NCBI GenBank assembly: GCA_965205655.1
Contig: CBDBIJ010000045.1
Location: 1 to 43,060, forward strand
DNA length: 43,060 bases
Source of the DNA: Candidatus Latescibacterota bacterium
Lineage (GTDB): Bacteria; Latescibacterota; UBA2968; UBA8231
Direction of reading: 5' to 3'
The position numbers and the translations under genes are program-made. This document shows, in pieces, positions 1-10,068 of the stretch; within the stretch, counting starts at the first letter, position 1; each line of letters opens with the position of its first letter. The notes beneath the pieces are model-generated. The model made no database searches and was not told the origin of the DNA. It worked only from the letters and a program-made list of their open reading frames with translations.

Positions 1-485
1 TGGTTCGACTGGATAGGGGCTGCTCTGGCGGCCCGCGCCATCTGGTCGGCATTGAAATTCGAGACGCCGATGTAGCGGGCTTTGCCCTGTTCCTGGAGCT
101 GGGCCATCGCCTCCATGCTCTGCTCGATGGGACAGGCCGGGTCCCAGCCGTGTATTTGATACAGGTCGACGTAGTCTACCTTGAGCAACCGCAGGCTGTT
201 GTCGATGGCCGCCGCGATGCCCTCGGCGGAGTAGTCCCCGCTGACCTTGGTGGCAAGGAAGCAGCGCTGCCGATAGCCGTCCTTGAGCGCCTTCCCGAGT
301 GTAGCCTCGCTGGACCGGTAGGACTCGGCCGTGTCGACGAGCCCGATGCCGGCATCGATGGCGGCTCTGGTAGTGTCGATGGCGGTCTGCTCATCCATAC
401 GCCCCATGGCGCCGCCGAGGGGCCAGGCGCCGAGGCCGATCACGGAGACCTCCGGACCGTCAGGGCCGAGCTGTCGATACTCCAT
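1..485 (-). CDS. Aldo/keto reductase (5' part; runs off the left edge)
   Basis: Manual translation from ATG at 485 gives MEYRQLGPDGPEVSVIGLGAWPLGG...GLVDTAESY...FLATK...SLRLLKVDYVDLYQIH...ARYIGVSNF, which are AKR family motifs. Not in the ORF track because there is no stop inside the window. Confidence 0.9.
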   Translation of the reverse strand, partial: MEYRQLGPDGPEVSVIGLGAWPLGGAMGRMDEQTAIDTTRAAIDAGIGLVDTAESYRSSEATLGKALKDGYRQRCFLATKVSGDYSAEGIAAAIDNSLRLLKVDYVDLYQIHGWDPACPIEQSMEAMAQLQEQGKARYIGVSNFNADQMARAARAAPIQSN

Positions 486-496
486 CCGCGGCTACC

Positions 497-1078
497 TCAG
501 ACGAGATCGCACGCTTCGGCCGGCATCCAATGGGCATCCCGATCCTTCCACTTGACGTTGCAGACGAGTGGGTTGGTCAGCTCGACCTCAACCTGCCCGT
601 CTTCCAGAACCGCTTCGACGGCATCGCGCAACTCGCTGGTGGTTTGGGTGCCGCTTTCCCTGGGATTGTGGTCCATCCTGCCGGTGTAACGGAGCTTGCG
701 GTCGGCATCGAAGAGAAAGAAATGCGGGGTGCGCAGAGCGCCGTACGCCAGAGCGACATCCTGCGACTCGTCGCGCAAATACGCGAACTCGAATCCCTTC
801 TCACGAGCCCGTTCGACCATGTGATCGAAGTCGTCGGTGGGATGGCCAACCCCTTCGTTGGAGTTGATGCTGACCATGGCCATGCCTCGTGGCGCCAGGT
901 CGCGATGCAAGGCGATCATGCGATCCTCGCTGCCGATGACGTAGGGGCAGTGATTGCAGGTGAAGCCGACGACGAGGGCTTTCGCATCGGCAAAATCCGC
1001 CAGAGAGCATGTCTTGCCGTCGACGCCGGGAAGGCTGAAATCCGGAGCGGACTCGCCGATCTGCAGGGTGAATGCCAT
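497..1078 (-). CDS. Thioredoxin-fold / AhpC-TSA family redoxin
   Basis: MAFTLQIGESAPDFSLPGVDG...FTCNHCPYV (CxxC)...YGALRTPHFFLFD; GAGGAGG RBS upstream of ATG 1078. Confidence 0.85.
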   Translation of the reverse strand: MAFTLQIGESAPDFSLPGVDGKTCSLADFADAKALVVGFTCNHCPYVIGSEDRMIALHRDLAPRGMAMVSINSNEGVGHPTDDFDHMVERAREKGFEFAYLRDESQDVALAYGALRTPHFFLFDADRKLRYTGRMDHNPRESGTQTTSELRDAVEAVLEDGQVEVELTNPLVCNVKWKDRDAHWMPAEACDLV

Positions 1079-1106
1079 TGGAGGTCCTCCTCGTTGTCTG
1101 CGTCCG

Positions 1107-1854
1107 TCAGATCTCAACGACGACACCGAGCCATTTCTGCAACAGAAACGTGACGCGGCCGATGAGCAGAGACATTCGGGCCATGATGGTGTAGCCGAAA
1201 GAGGCGCCGAAGGCAATCATCAAGAACCAGATGCCGACCTTCGAGGCGCCTCCAACGACACCTTTGTGTTCGACGGAAAAGAAGAAATAAACGAGAACGG
1301 TGATGACGCCCACGAGAATGATGAACAAGATCGAGACCCTCCGCACTCCAGCTCAACGGCTGCGATGGCTGGGCTCGATCTGGCCGAGGACGTACGACGA
1401 GATATAACGGGGAATCGTAAAGCCCGCTCCGAGGCCAACAAAAAAGGCAAAGGCGATACTTGCTCAGCCAAGCGTAAGTGACGCGAGAAGCGCGTCAGCA
1501 TGAGCAGACCGAGAGCTGGTTGGTATGATCGAGGTGGAGGGTGCTGCCGGCATTGCCGTCCTCTGCGTAGAACACCGGGCCGTACGATGATCGCCGATAC
1601 AGGACCTGGAACCAGACCTGACCGAAGACATATGCTGCGGCAGCGGCACCGACGTAGACATGCTCGCCAAACTTGAAGAGCGGGTTGTCCTTGTACAGAA
1701 AACTGTAGAGAAAGAGGGTGAACCCGGCCGCGACAATGGTGCCGAAGCCGCTGGCAGTCAGACAGAGAGGTCTTCCGAACGCCAACGAAGAACGCCGCTG
1801 ACGATGACAAAGAGGAGCGACGAAACTGCCGAAGATGTAGGTATCTCGACTCAT
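1107..1854 (-). CDS. Conserved multi-pass membrane protein of the GlmL/DUF6754 cluster (split by several indels)
   Basis: Pieces in three frames: YSFLYKDNPLFKFGEHVYVG (1495-1854), LGLLMLTRFS (middle), VLVYFFFSVEHKG...FLMIAFGASFGYTIMARMSLLIGR (1107-1346). ATG 1854 overlaps the upstream stop (ATGA). Confidence 0.7.
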
Positions 1855-2705
1855 CCTTGACCATGATCCGCCCGCAGCGCCCTTCGAGGCTCTTCAGGAT
1901 ATGAAGAACGTGACGTTGCGCCATGACGATGAAGGCGATGATGACGACGATGGGTGATCGGACTGCGGCCGCATGCCCGACACCGCCACTGCCGGGGTGG
2001 TCCACGAGCGTTCTCGTATTCGGCGGCACCGGCGAGACCGCCGATCATGCCCACCAGCTGGCCGGACTGAAGAAAGGGAAACAGGTCCGGCGCAATGACG
2101 GCCGTACAGCCGCCGGCGAGGTTGAACTTGTACTTCTCCTGACCGAAAGGGATCCACCAGTGATCGATCGATTCCCCAGCGGCGAAGTCGAAGACGAAGT
2201 CGAAGTCGCTCAATGAGCGGACATTCCTGGTGACAGGAAGTGTATCTGTTCTGGCACCCGCCTGGTCAGTCTCGAAGGCGACGCGAAAGTCCTGACCCAT
2301 GTTGATGATGAGGACCGACTGGCCCGTCTTGTACCCCATGAAGGCGTAATCCTCACCGTATTCAGCGCCATACTCCGCGGCGATCGTCTGCAGGGCATCC
2401 TGAGCCAGGCCCACGGCGTCGGGCCACAGGCAGACGGCGACGAACTCAACGTCTTTGGAGAAGAGGTGTCGCAGTATGGCTCGGGCCATTGGCTGGAGCT
2501 CGGGCTCGGATCCGCCACCGTACGAGAACGACAGCAGGACCTTACCGTCATTTTCAGCCACGCGTTCGATCTCGTCGTACACAGCGCGCACTGTATCAGT
2601 GGCCTTGATGGGGAAGGAGAAATCGACAAGTAGCGGAATGGTAACGCCGAGAAAGACGAAAATGAAAATGATGCGCCGGTCGATGTTCAAGAGCCTATCG
2701 ATCAT
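1851..2705 (-). CDS. Membrane-anchored conserved hypothetical protein (N-terminal TM, soluble alpha/beta domain, C-terminal TM; indels near the 3' end)
   Basis: IDRRIIFIFVFLGVTIPLL TM; EPELQPMA, YGEDYAFMGYK, GQLVGMIGGLAGAAEYE. The C-terminal GMRPQS and VVIIAFIVM lie in other frames. Confidence 0.7.
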   Translation of the reverse strand: MIDRLLNIDRRIIFIFVFLGVTIPLLVDFSFPIKATDTVRAVYDEIERVAENDGKVLLSFSYGGGSEPELQPMARAILRHLFSKDVEFVAVCLWPDAVGLAQDALQTIAAEYGAEYGEDYAFMGYKTGQSVLIINMGQDFRVAFETDQAGARTDTLPVTRNVRSLSDFDFVFDFAAGESIDHWWIPFGQEKYKFNLAGGCTAVIAPDLFPFLQSGQLVGMIGGLAGAAEYENARGPPRQWRCRACGRSPITHRRHHRLHRHGATSRSSYPEEPRRALRADHGQG

Positions 2706-3359
2706 TCGTCACCTCCGCCCAGGTACGAACGCTCGATCCCGAAAATAATCCGGAGCGAGGTAGCGATTAGCGCCGAGGCTGACGCCGAGAAGGATGCCCC
2801 GTTTCGCCGCCAGATTCGGCACCGCCATGAGCCACTGCGATGCCTGCGGGATCGAATCGGAGATGAAGGCGCCGATGGGCACGCGGCCGAGCATGACGAC
2901 GACGGCGGCTACGAGCAGAATCGCCGCCTCGGGCGTGCGGGCGCGGAACGTGCGGTAGGCCGCCGAGGCGATGAAGAAAGCGAGGATGGAAAACATCGTT
3001 GACTGACATGGCACGTACACATTGAGAAAGAGCCACTGATACCCACCGGTACTCGCCTGGGCGTGGAAGGGCCAATGCCCATCGTTGTAGATGACGAAGG
3101 CGACCATCAGGGCGAAGCTGCAGTAAACGACGATGCTGTAGCCCCATCCTGCCTGCTGCACGCGGATGCGGTTCCAGTGAAGATTGATGAGGCTGACGAG
3201 CCCCAGGAAAAAGGCGAAGGCGGCGACGATTCGGACCCACAGGGACAGCTCCGTCGTCAGGTCTTCGGCACCCTGGTGGGGGATGTAGAAGACGGAGATG
3301 CCGATGGCGCCAAAGGCGAAGGCGATAATCAGGGGCAGTGTGCGAGTGAAGAACAGCAT
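2702..3359 (-). CDS. Conserved multi-pass membrane protein (one extra base near 2768)
   Basis: About six hydrophobic helices; STMFSILAFFIASAAYRTFRART. Removing one A restores the ending GAIATSLRIIFGIERSYLGGGDE*, whose TGA (2704-2702) overlaps the next ATG. Confidence 0.75.
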
Positions 3360-3371
3360 TATGACCAGATC

Positions 3372-4592
3372 TCAGTAGGCGGTAAATGCGTGAGTCAGAA
3401 AAGAGACATCGAAGCTCGCCAGGATCGTGCCGAGGACAAGCACGACCAGCAGCACACCTTTGCCGAGATCCTGTCCCTTGAGACTTCCGAGCAGCCTCGG
3501 CTCGCGGGAGAGGTAGGCACTGGCGGCGTAGAGCTCCTCTCCCATGAGGGTGTAGTCACACGTGGTTATGAAGAAAGGCAGCTGGGTGTACGAATCGGTC
3601 CCGGCAATCTGGATCGCTCCGGTCGTGGCGCCGGTTTCTGCCAGCAGCAGCGATTCGGCGAAGAAATAACCCATCATGATGTGGGCGGCCGGTCGCTCCC
3701 GAATCATGATGCCATCGACAGCCGCGGCATAGCTGAACTGGTCCGTAGCAGCCATGAAGACATCGTCCTCGTTGAACGCATCGGGACGGCCCGCTTCGAC
3801 GTACGACGCTTTGACAGTTTCCTGTGACACGGCCATGACGACGGGGTCGTAGTTGGTCACCCGAAGTTTGGTGTCGTACTCGGCAGTGCGCCGAGCCACA
3901 CGGCTGAGGATGTTGACCGCGGCGATGGTGGGGATAGAATCCATCCCTCTCAGGCCATGGACGAAGAGAACGGCCTTGCCCATTTCGGTGGCACGTCCCA
4001 GCGCCTCGTCCAGCGCCTCGAGACCGGCGATGCGCCGGATAAACAGCTCCCGACGACGGGCGAGGGCGATGCAGATGAGGATGGCCGAGGAAACCAGCAC
4101 CCCCAAAATGAGGTTGTTCAGCTTCGCCCAGTTGAAGTAATTGCCACTGGCAGACGCCTCCACGACCTGCCCCCGGGTCTCCCCCATGGGAGAGCGAATG
4201 CCCAGACGGACATAGTAGGTCGTGTCGTTCTCCAAAAGGATTTTTTCGCCATCGCCGGTGCGGGGCTCATAGCTCTTCACATGGACGTAGTGAAAGTTCT
4301 CGTTCTTGGCCGCACGACCGAAGGCAGCCGGATCCTCGGACATGAAACTGCCTCCCGGATCGACGTCGGCGGCATAGTGAAACGGGCCTTTCGACGATTC
4401 GCCGATGTAGACGCGGTAGGTCGTTCCGGCCGGTACGTCGTCCGACCGGGGCCACGTCACCGTGATGCTGCCACCGGCATCGTTGGGCGTATCGAAGGCC
4501 TTGATCTCTATCGGTGCGGCGACGACGGTCGAGGCCGAGACGGTGGCGGCGCAAGCCGCAATTGCGAAGAAAGTGGTGAGGATATGACGCAT
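3372..4592 (-). CDS. Signal peptide + fibronectin-III-like beta domain + DUF6754-like domain protein
   Basis: Signal peptide, then DTPNDAGGSITVTW...YYVRL beta domain, a TM helix, IRRIAGLEALDEALGRATEMGKAVLF, FFAESLLLAETG, QLPFFITTCDYTLMGEELYAASAYLS and a C-terminal TM. Confidence 0.75.
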   Translation of the reverse strand: MRHILTTFFAIAACAATVSASTVVAAPIEIKAFDTPNDAGGSITVTWPRSDDVPAGTTYRVYIGESSKGPFHYAADVDPGGSFMSEDPAAFGRAAKNENFHYVHVKSYEPRTGDGEKILLENDTTYYVRLGIRSPMGETRGQVVEASASGNYFNWAKLNNLILGVLVSSAILICIALARRRELFIRRIAGLEALDEALGRATEMGKAVLFVHGLRGMDSIPTIAAVNILSRVARRTAEYDTKLRVTNYDPVVMAVSQETVKASYVEAGRPDAFNEDDVFMAATDQFSYAAAVDGIMIRERPAAHIMMGYFFAESLLLAETGATTGAIQIAGTDSYTQLPFFITTCDYTLMGEELYAASAYLSREPRLLGSLKGQDLGKGVLLVVLVLGTILASFDVSFLTHAFTAY

Positions 4593-4598
4593 CGAATC

Positions 4599-5742
4599 CT
4601 ATTCTTCTATCAGTTCCACATTCGCTCGAGGTACGACGGCCCGCTCGCCGTCTTCGAACGAGACTTCGAGCACTCGCACCAGGGCACCCGTTTCGATCCG
4701 GCGCAGCTCGGGGATGAGGTCGCACACCCGGCCGATCCGACCAAAGTAGGGATCGCGGATGACGCGGAGTGGATCTCCCGCCTTCATACCCTCTGCCTCG
4801 CCGGCTCCCATTTGAGCGTCCACCGGATCAGCGGCAGGGGCGGCTGTCGCCCGTCCCGGTACGATGATTTCTGGACGCAGGACGCCAGCGCGGATCTGGG
4901 TGGCGCCGGAAATCGACGCCTCTCTGCCAGCGCAGGACCGCAGAATATCGAAAGTCTTGCCGGCCATGGCTATGTCCCCGAAACCCTCGGTGACGACGAC
5001 GGTGAGACCGATGGCCTCGGCGCCGGTGATGGCGACGCCCAGATCGTAGCCGAGCAGGTCTCGCAGTACGTGGTCGCGAATTCCGCCCGCGACGAGCGCG
5101 GCGACCCCGACCTCGCGGGCCCGCTGAATGGCTTCGCTGCTGATGAGGCCACCACCGACGACGATCTTTCCCCGACACTCGGGGCCGATACGCCCAGAAT
5201 CGATGCTCTGGTCCGGGCTGTCAACGAGCAACTGCAAACTGCCCCAGCACTCACCACCGACGCCGAATATCCCCTGTACGAATGCCCCCGATGTTTCGAC
5301 GACGATCCCCTCCTCCGGTATGAGATCCACCACCGTTCCGTCGACGTAGGCGAAAACCTCCACCGGAGCTGGTGGTTCACGCAACATAACCTGACCCGTC
5401 ACCGACGATACGCTCTCGACTGTCCCGTCGATCTCCGAGCTCACCGTCGTCTTGAACCACTTGATGAATGGCCGAGTTTCAGCTATTGACTCGCCAGCGT
5501 GTACTGAGTCGCCGACCGCTTTGAGCATGTAGCGCGGCAGCTCCGCAGCCGTGATGCCGAGGCGGTTCACGAGATTGACGGTGGAGACATTTCCGGGGAG
5601 TTCGGTGCGTGCCACGACCTGGTCTCGTCGCACCGCATCACCGAGCCCGACGAGAATCTCGCCCTTCAACGGCAGTCGCCGTTCCTTCCGCACGGTGGCA
5701 TCGGCACTGACCCGAAGGCCTGGCGTGTAAGCGTGGCGCCAT
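4599..5742 (-). CDS. Conserved hypothetical GlmL-cluster protein with biotinyl/barrel-sandwich-like repeats and a KOW-like C-terminus (one extra base near the start)
   Basis: Removing one C after ATG 5742 gives MAHAYTPGLRVSADATVRKERRLPLKGEILVGLGDAV. Also QGIFGVGGE, VVVTEGFG, GATQIRAGVLRPEII and LRVIRDPYFGRIGRV...VPRANVE. Confidence 0.7.
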
Positions 5743-5743
5743 G

Positions 5744-7582
5744 TTACGCCACCTCCATTTCGGCGGGATATAGCTGCAACGCCCGCTCCCAGGTGCGAAT
5801 CCGCTCGCGTCGTTCGTCATCGTCTTCCGGGAACCGAAGCGGCCGGCCGCGAGCGTCCAGAACGACACCCACCGCGCCTCCCCGCACTCTCGTACGAAGT
5901 TCCTCACCAGATCCCGACCCGGCGTCCCAGCCGCGCTCGCAGGCGACGACGAGTTCGCCCTCCTCGCCCTCGTCAAGGGGCAGACGTATCAGCTCGCCGA
6001 CGCGGAGCTCGCCGGTGAGGCGGGAGTCGGATGATTGCTCGCCACCGCATACAAGCTCGTAGCTGGCGCAGATCTGACCGTCCTTGCCGGAGCCGACGAG
6101 GCCGACGCAGGCACCGAGTGCGATGAGGCAGTCCCGTTCGAACACATCAGTGGCCGCCTTTTCGTCGATTGAGGCGAGGACACCCAGATGGGGCATCATG
6201 AAGATGCTGTCCACGGCGAGACCGGTTACACCCTCGGGCTGAAAGGCATCGATGAGCATGGCGGCCGTCTGCACCCGGTGAGGGGCGTGAGAGAGAGCCC
6301 CACCGCTGCCGACGAGCAGATCGAGGGACTTCATGTCGATGATACTTTCCCCTGTGGCGGACTGATCGAAGGCGTCGGAAAGGGATCGCTCCGACTGCAC
6401 CCCCTTCAACCCGACCGCGAGCTGCCGGTGCTGGTGGAAGGCGAGGCGCAGGGCCTCGCGCGCCACGGCGTGTTCCAGCTGCAGGTCTTCGAGGAGCTGG
6501 GGGATGGTGGTGGGCCGAATCATCTTGTTCTTGATGCGGTCGCGCAGATCGGCCTCGTCGAGGGCGAAGGGAATCCAGCGCGTGATGGCCTCGAAGCCGG
6601 CCTCTGCCACGACGTTCGAGATGCTGTAGGACATGCCGAGGTTGGCGCTGACTGTGCGGTTGAAGACGGGCTCGGGAGATCCGTCGACTTCGAAAACGCT
6701 GAACACATCCGTGGTGGCGCCGCCGATGTCGACCCCCAAGACATCGATGTGCCGCTGCCTGGCGATCGTCTGCATGATCTGCCCGACCGCCGCCGGTGTG
6801 GGCATGATCGGGGCCCCCGTCCAGGAGATCAGTTTGCCATATCCTGGTGCCTGCGCCATCACGTGTTCGAGAAAGAGGTCGTGGATGACGTGCCGAGCCG
6901 GACCCAGGTTCTCGCGCTCGAGTACGGGGCGGATGTTCTCACTGATCGTCAGGGCCATCTTTTCGTTCAACACCGAGGAAATCTGCTCGCGGGCGTCACT
7001 GTTGCCTGCATAGATGACCGGCAGTTCGAAGCTGGTGCCGAAGCGCGGCTTCGGGTCTGCGGCCGCCACAAATTCGGCGAGCTCGACGACGTGCGAGATG
7101 GTGCCGCCGTCAGTACCTCCAGAAAGGAGGACCATGTCGGGGCGAAGATGGCGGATGCGCTCGATCTTCTGATGGGGGAGGCGGCCGTCGTTGGCGGCCA
7201 GCACATCCATGACGATGGCGCCCGCCCCGAGAGCGCAGCGCTGAGCCGACTCAGCGGTCATGGACTGCACGACGCCGGCGACCATCATCTGCAGACCGCC
7301 GCCGGCGCTGCTCGTGGAGATGTAGATGTCGACGCCCCGCTCGCCATCGGCGGGTGTCAGAATTCGTTCGCCCTCGAGAATCTCGCGTCCCGAAAGTTCC
7401 TCGACTTCCTGAATCGCGTTCAGAACGCCTCGGGTGACATCCTCGAATGGGGCCTCGACCGTCGTCGGCGCCTCGCCGCGGAAGGTCTGACGATATCCCC
7501 CATCTCCCTTTTTTTCGATCAGGATGGCCTTTGTCGTGGTGCTGCCGCAGTCAGTCGCGATGATTACGTCCAGCTTACTCAA
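5744..7582 (-). CDS. glmL: GlmL/MutL (glutamate mutase L)-family ASKHA-fold ATPase, long form
   Basis: ASKHA phosphate-1 motif ATDCGSTTTKA and phosphate-2 motif GVDIGGATTDVFS; TSSAGGGLQM, PDMVLLSGGTDGG, PIMPTPAAV, RTVSANLGM, GSGGALSH. Confidence 0.8.
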   Translation of the reverse strand: MSKLDVIIATDCGSTTTKAILIEKKGDGGYRQTFRGEAPTTVEAPFEDVTRGVLNAIQEVEELSGREILEGERILTPADGERGVDIYISTSSAGGGLQMMVAGVVQSMTAESAQRCALGAGAIVMDVLAANDGRLPHQKIERIRHLRPDMVLLSGGTDGGTISHVVELAEFVAAADPKPRFGTSFELPVIYAGNSDAREQISSVLNEKMALTISENIRPVLERENLGPARHVIHDLFLEHVMAQAPGYGKLISWTGAPIMPTPAAVGQIMQTIARQRHIDVLGVDIGGATTDVFSVFEVDGSPEPVFNRTVSANLGMSYSISNVVAEAGFEAITRWIPFALDEADLRDRIKNKMIRPTTIPQLLEDLQLEHAVAREALRLAFHQHRQLAVGLKGVQSERSLSDAFDQSATGESIIDMKSLDLLVGSGGALSHAPHRVQTAAMLIDAFQPEGVTGLAVDSIFMMPHLGVLASIDEKAATDVFERDCLIALGACVGLVGSGKDGQICASYELVCGGEQSSDSRLTGELRVGELIRLPLDEGEEGELVVACERGWDAGSGSGEELRTRVRGGAVGVVLDARGRPLRFPEDDDERRERIRTWERALQLYPAEMEVA

Positions 7583-7931
7583 TGCCGTCGCCTGCCTCCG
7601 AACCGATGGAATCTCTCTCGGCGATCAAGTCGATGATGAGATCCACGCCGGCGCGCTTCTCCAGAAATCTCACAAAGCGGTCGTACTCGTCGGGTGAAAA
7701 AAGCATCGTTGCGAAAGGAGCCATGAACGCGAGGAGCTGACTACCGAGAAAATTGAGTGGCCTGCCCGTCTCCAAGAGCATGATAGCGGGCGCGGTCATG
7801 CGGCGACGCACGATAAAGCTCGCCACCCGGCTCGCGAGTTCGCGCTCGACCTCATCGAATTCGGCGCTCTCGGGTGTCTCGACGGCAAAGGCGTGCCGGA
7901 GTCGTGACCGCAGCGAGCTATGAGCGGACAT
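7575..7931 (-). CDS. Small conserved hypothetical protein
   Basis: MSAHSSLRSRLRHAFAV...IVRRRMTAPAIMLLETGRPLNFLGSQLLAFMAPF. Overlaps both neighbours; start could alternatively be 7961. Confidence 0.65.
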   Translation of the reverse strand: MSAHSSLRSRLRHAFAVETPESAEFDEVERELASRVASFIVRRRMTAPAIMLLETGRPLNFLGSQLLAFMAPFATMLFSPDEYDRFVRFLEKRAGVDLIIDLIAERDSIGSEAGDGIE

Positions 7932-8325
7932 GCGATCGAACGTAGGCGGCCACGTCGCCACCGTTCTCGAAGCAGCGAATGAACAACCCTCTGAACGGGT
8001 CGAGACGCGTCGGCTTGGGAAACGGGCTGAGAAAGACTCCGTCCCGATGGATGTCAGCTCGGCGGAAATCAGCCCATCCGCAGCGACGGGTCCAGATCAG
8101 ATGAGAGGTCGTCAGACCTTCATCATCGAGGCAATAACGGGTCGGGAGGAGGTAGCGAGACATGGACGCCACGAGAATGCCAGTCGCGATAGCACCGTAG
8201 ATGATCCCCCCGAAGCTGGCCGTGACCGTCGCGGCCACGACGAGGATGACAGTGACCAGAGACGCCGACTTCATCCACGATTCGTCGGTCAGCGGGTGGG
8301 CGGTCCAATTCATTGCTGGTGGCAT
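7918..8325 (-). CDS. Small two-TM membrane protein with a C-terminal PH-like beta domain
   Basis: Two hydrophobic helices, then YLLPTRYCLDDEGL...GVFLSPFPKPTRLDPFRGLF. 1-nt gap to crp. Confidence 0.65.
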   Translation of the reverse strand: MPPAMNWTAHPLTDESWMKSASLVTVILVVAATVTASFGGIIYGAIATGILVASMSRYLLPTRYCLDDEGLTTSHLIWTRRCGWADFRRADIHRDGVFLSPFPKPTRLDPFRGLFIRCFENGGDVAAYVRSHVRS

Positions 8326-8326
8326 C

Positions 8327-9040
8327 CTATTCCCCCGACTCTTCGTCCCCCGAGCCGTCTTCTTGAGATTCAGTTTCGTCGGGCAGAATCAGTATCTCCC
8401 GTCCCCGGCACACGATATACCCATCCCGTTCCAGTTGCCGCAAAGCGCGGGTGACGGTTTCGCGCGTCGTGCCCGCCATGTTGGCCAGCTGCTGATGAGT
8501 TGGTCGCTGCTCGATCAACACACCATCATTCGTCTCTTTGCCGCGATCCGCCGCAAGCCGCAGGATCGTCTTGGCGACCCGGGTGTGGACGTCGAGCAAG
8601 GCGAGACCGCCCACCTGTTCGTCGGTCCGTCGCAGGCGAGAGGCGAGCTCCTCGAGCAAAGCGACGGCGATCGCCGGGATACCCTGCACGAGCTGGAGGA
8701 AGTCCACCCGTTTGAGCATGAGCAACTCGGTCTTTTCGAAGGCGACAACATTGGCCGAGCGCGGCTCGTCGTCGAGCAGGGCGAGCTCGCCAAAGAATTC
8801 GCCCTCGGTGAGAAGCGACAGGATGAACTCCCGGCCATCTTCGTGAATGAGGCTCACCTTGACCTGCCCCCTGCGTATGATGAACAGGGTGTCCCCCGGC
8901 TCGTCGACGAGGATGATGAGCTGGCCTTTCTCGAAGGTCCTGGCGAAGGTCAGGTCGGCCAGGGCTGCGAGCTCACGGTCACCGAGGCAATCGAACAGGG
9001 GAACGCGGCGCAGGAAAGAGGCGATGTCCATATCAGGCAT
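8327..9040 (-). CDS. Crp/Fnr family transcriptional regulator (cNMP-binding type)
   Basis: FLRRVPLF; cNMP pocket FFGELALLDDEPRSANV; HTH THQQLANMAGTTRETVTRAL. No Fnr Cys cluster. Confidence 0.95.
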   Translation of the reverse strand: MPDMDIASFLRRVPLFDCLGDRELAALADLTFARTFEKGQLIILVDEPGDTLFIIRRGQVKVSLIHEDGREFILSLLTEGEFFGELALLDDEPRSANVVAFEKTELLMLKRVDFLQLVQGIPAIAVALLEELASRLRRTDEQVGGLALLDVHTRVAKTILRLAADRGKETNDGVLIEQRPTHQQLANMAGTTRETVTRALRQLERDGYIVCRGREILILPDETESQEDGSGDEESGE

Positions 9041-9070
9041 CCAGCATCGAGATGTACGGGCATCCGCGGG

Positions 9071-10020
9071 TCACGAGAGCTCCTTCAAAAGTGCCTTCCA
9101 GCTCTGTCGCTCGACCTCTGGATCGACGAGCGACTCCCGTTGGCGGCAGTGCCGTCTGAGCTCTTCGCAGAAATCTTCATCTCTCTCCGTTCGCTCCATC
9201 AGCTCAGCCAGTTTTGCCGTCTCCCCGAAAGGAAAGTAACCAGGATAGCTCTCGCCGAGAAGGCCGACGGACCCGCCGATTCGGGTGGACAAGACGGGTG
9301 TTCGGCAGGCGAGAGCCTCACACACCACGTGCGCCCCCCTTCCATTTCGGAGGTGAGCACGAGCAGCCGGCTGCGGGCGATCAGGCGGATCGTTCGCCAT
9401 CGGGGCAGTTCACCCAGCCAGCGATACCTGGGGTTTTCGCGCTCCTCCGATTGAGCACGTCGAGCCATGTCGTCGCTGAGGGCCGACCCCACGTGGGTGA
9501 CGGTGACGCCGGATGATGCGGGAAGCAGACGGGATGCCGCAGCGGCCCTGAAGGGATCTTTCACCGGCCGCAGGTGGCCGACGACGCTGACCTCGAACAT
9601 GTCCTTTCGCGGTGGGTGCTTCCCGGGTGGCCGACGAATCGACTGGTAGATTGTTCGGGCTCTGTCGCGCAACGCTGCGGGCAGTTCATTGACGCCGAGA
9701 GTTTGCAGTACCACGAAACGGTCGGCCAGCTGCAGCGAGCGTTGAGCTTCTGGATCAGTGCGGATGTCACCGTATAGGTCCGTACCGGTAAGAGCGAGAA
9801 CGAGTGGACGCTCGGGGTGACGCTCTCGGAAACGCCGAACGGAGGTAGCGCTACGGCGGGCGTGAAGCGCGATCATGAGATCGCACCGCTGCCGCTCGTA
9901 TTCCACGGCGATCGAAACGCGATGACCGAGACCGCGCAACAGGCGGGACCAGCGCAGAGCCGTAACTCTGTTACCTGCTCTGGATCCGGCCGGGGCGGGT
10001 GTGACAATGAGGATCCTCAT
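9071..10020 (-). CDS. senB: Selenosugar synthase SenB (GT-B glycosyltransferase); one G missing in the G-run at ~9334-9339
   Basis: MRILIVTPAPAGSRAGNRVTALRW, MIALHARRS, LALTGTDLYGDI, VVGHLRPVKDP, SEMEGG/AHVVCEA, GLLGESYPGYFPFG. Directly downstream of senA. Confidence 0.88.
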
Positions 10021-10068
10021 GGGATCCACCCTATACTGCTGATGCGTTGGTCCCGGCGTTCTCCGGCT

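Noticed and set aside
5744..7582. DNA mismatch-repair MutL, or a complete glutamate mutase pathway
   Set aside because: The motifs are ASKHA-type, not GHKL, so the shared name is coincidental. No B12-binding DxHxxG subunit or GlmE is in the window.
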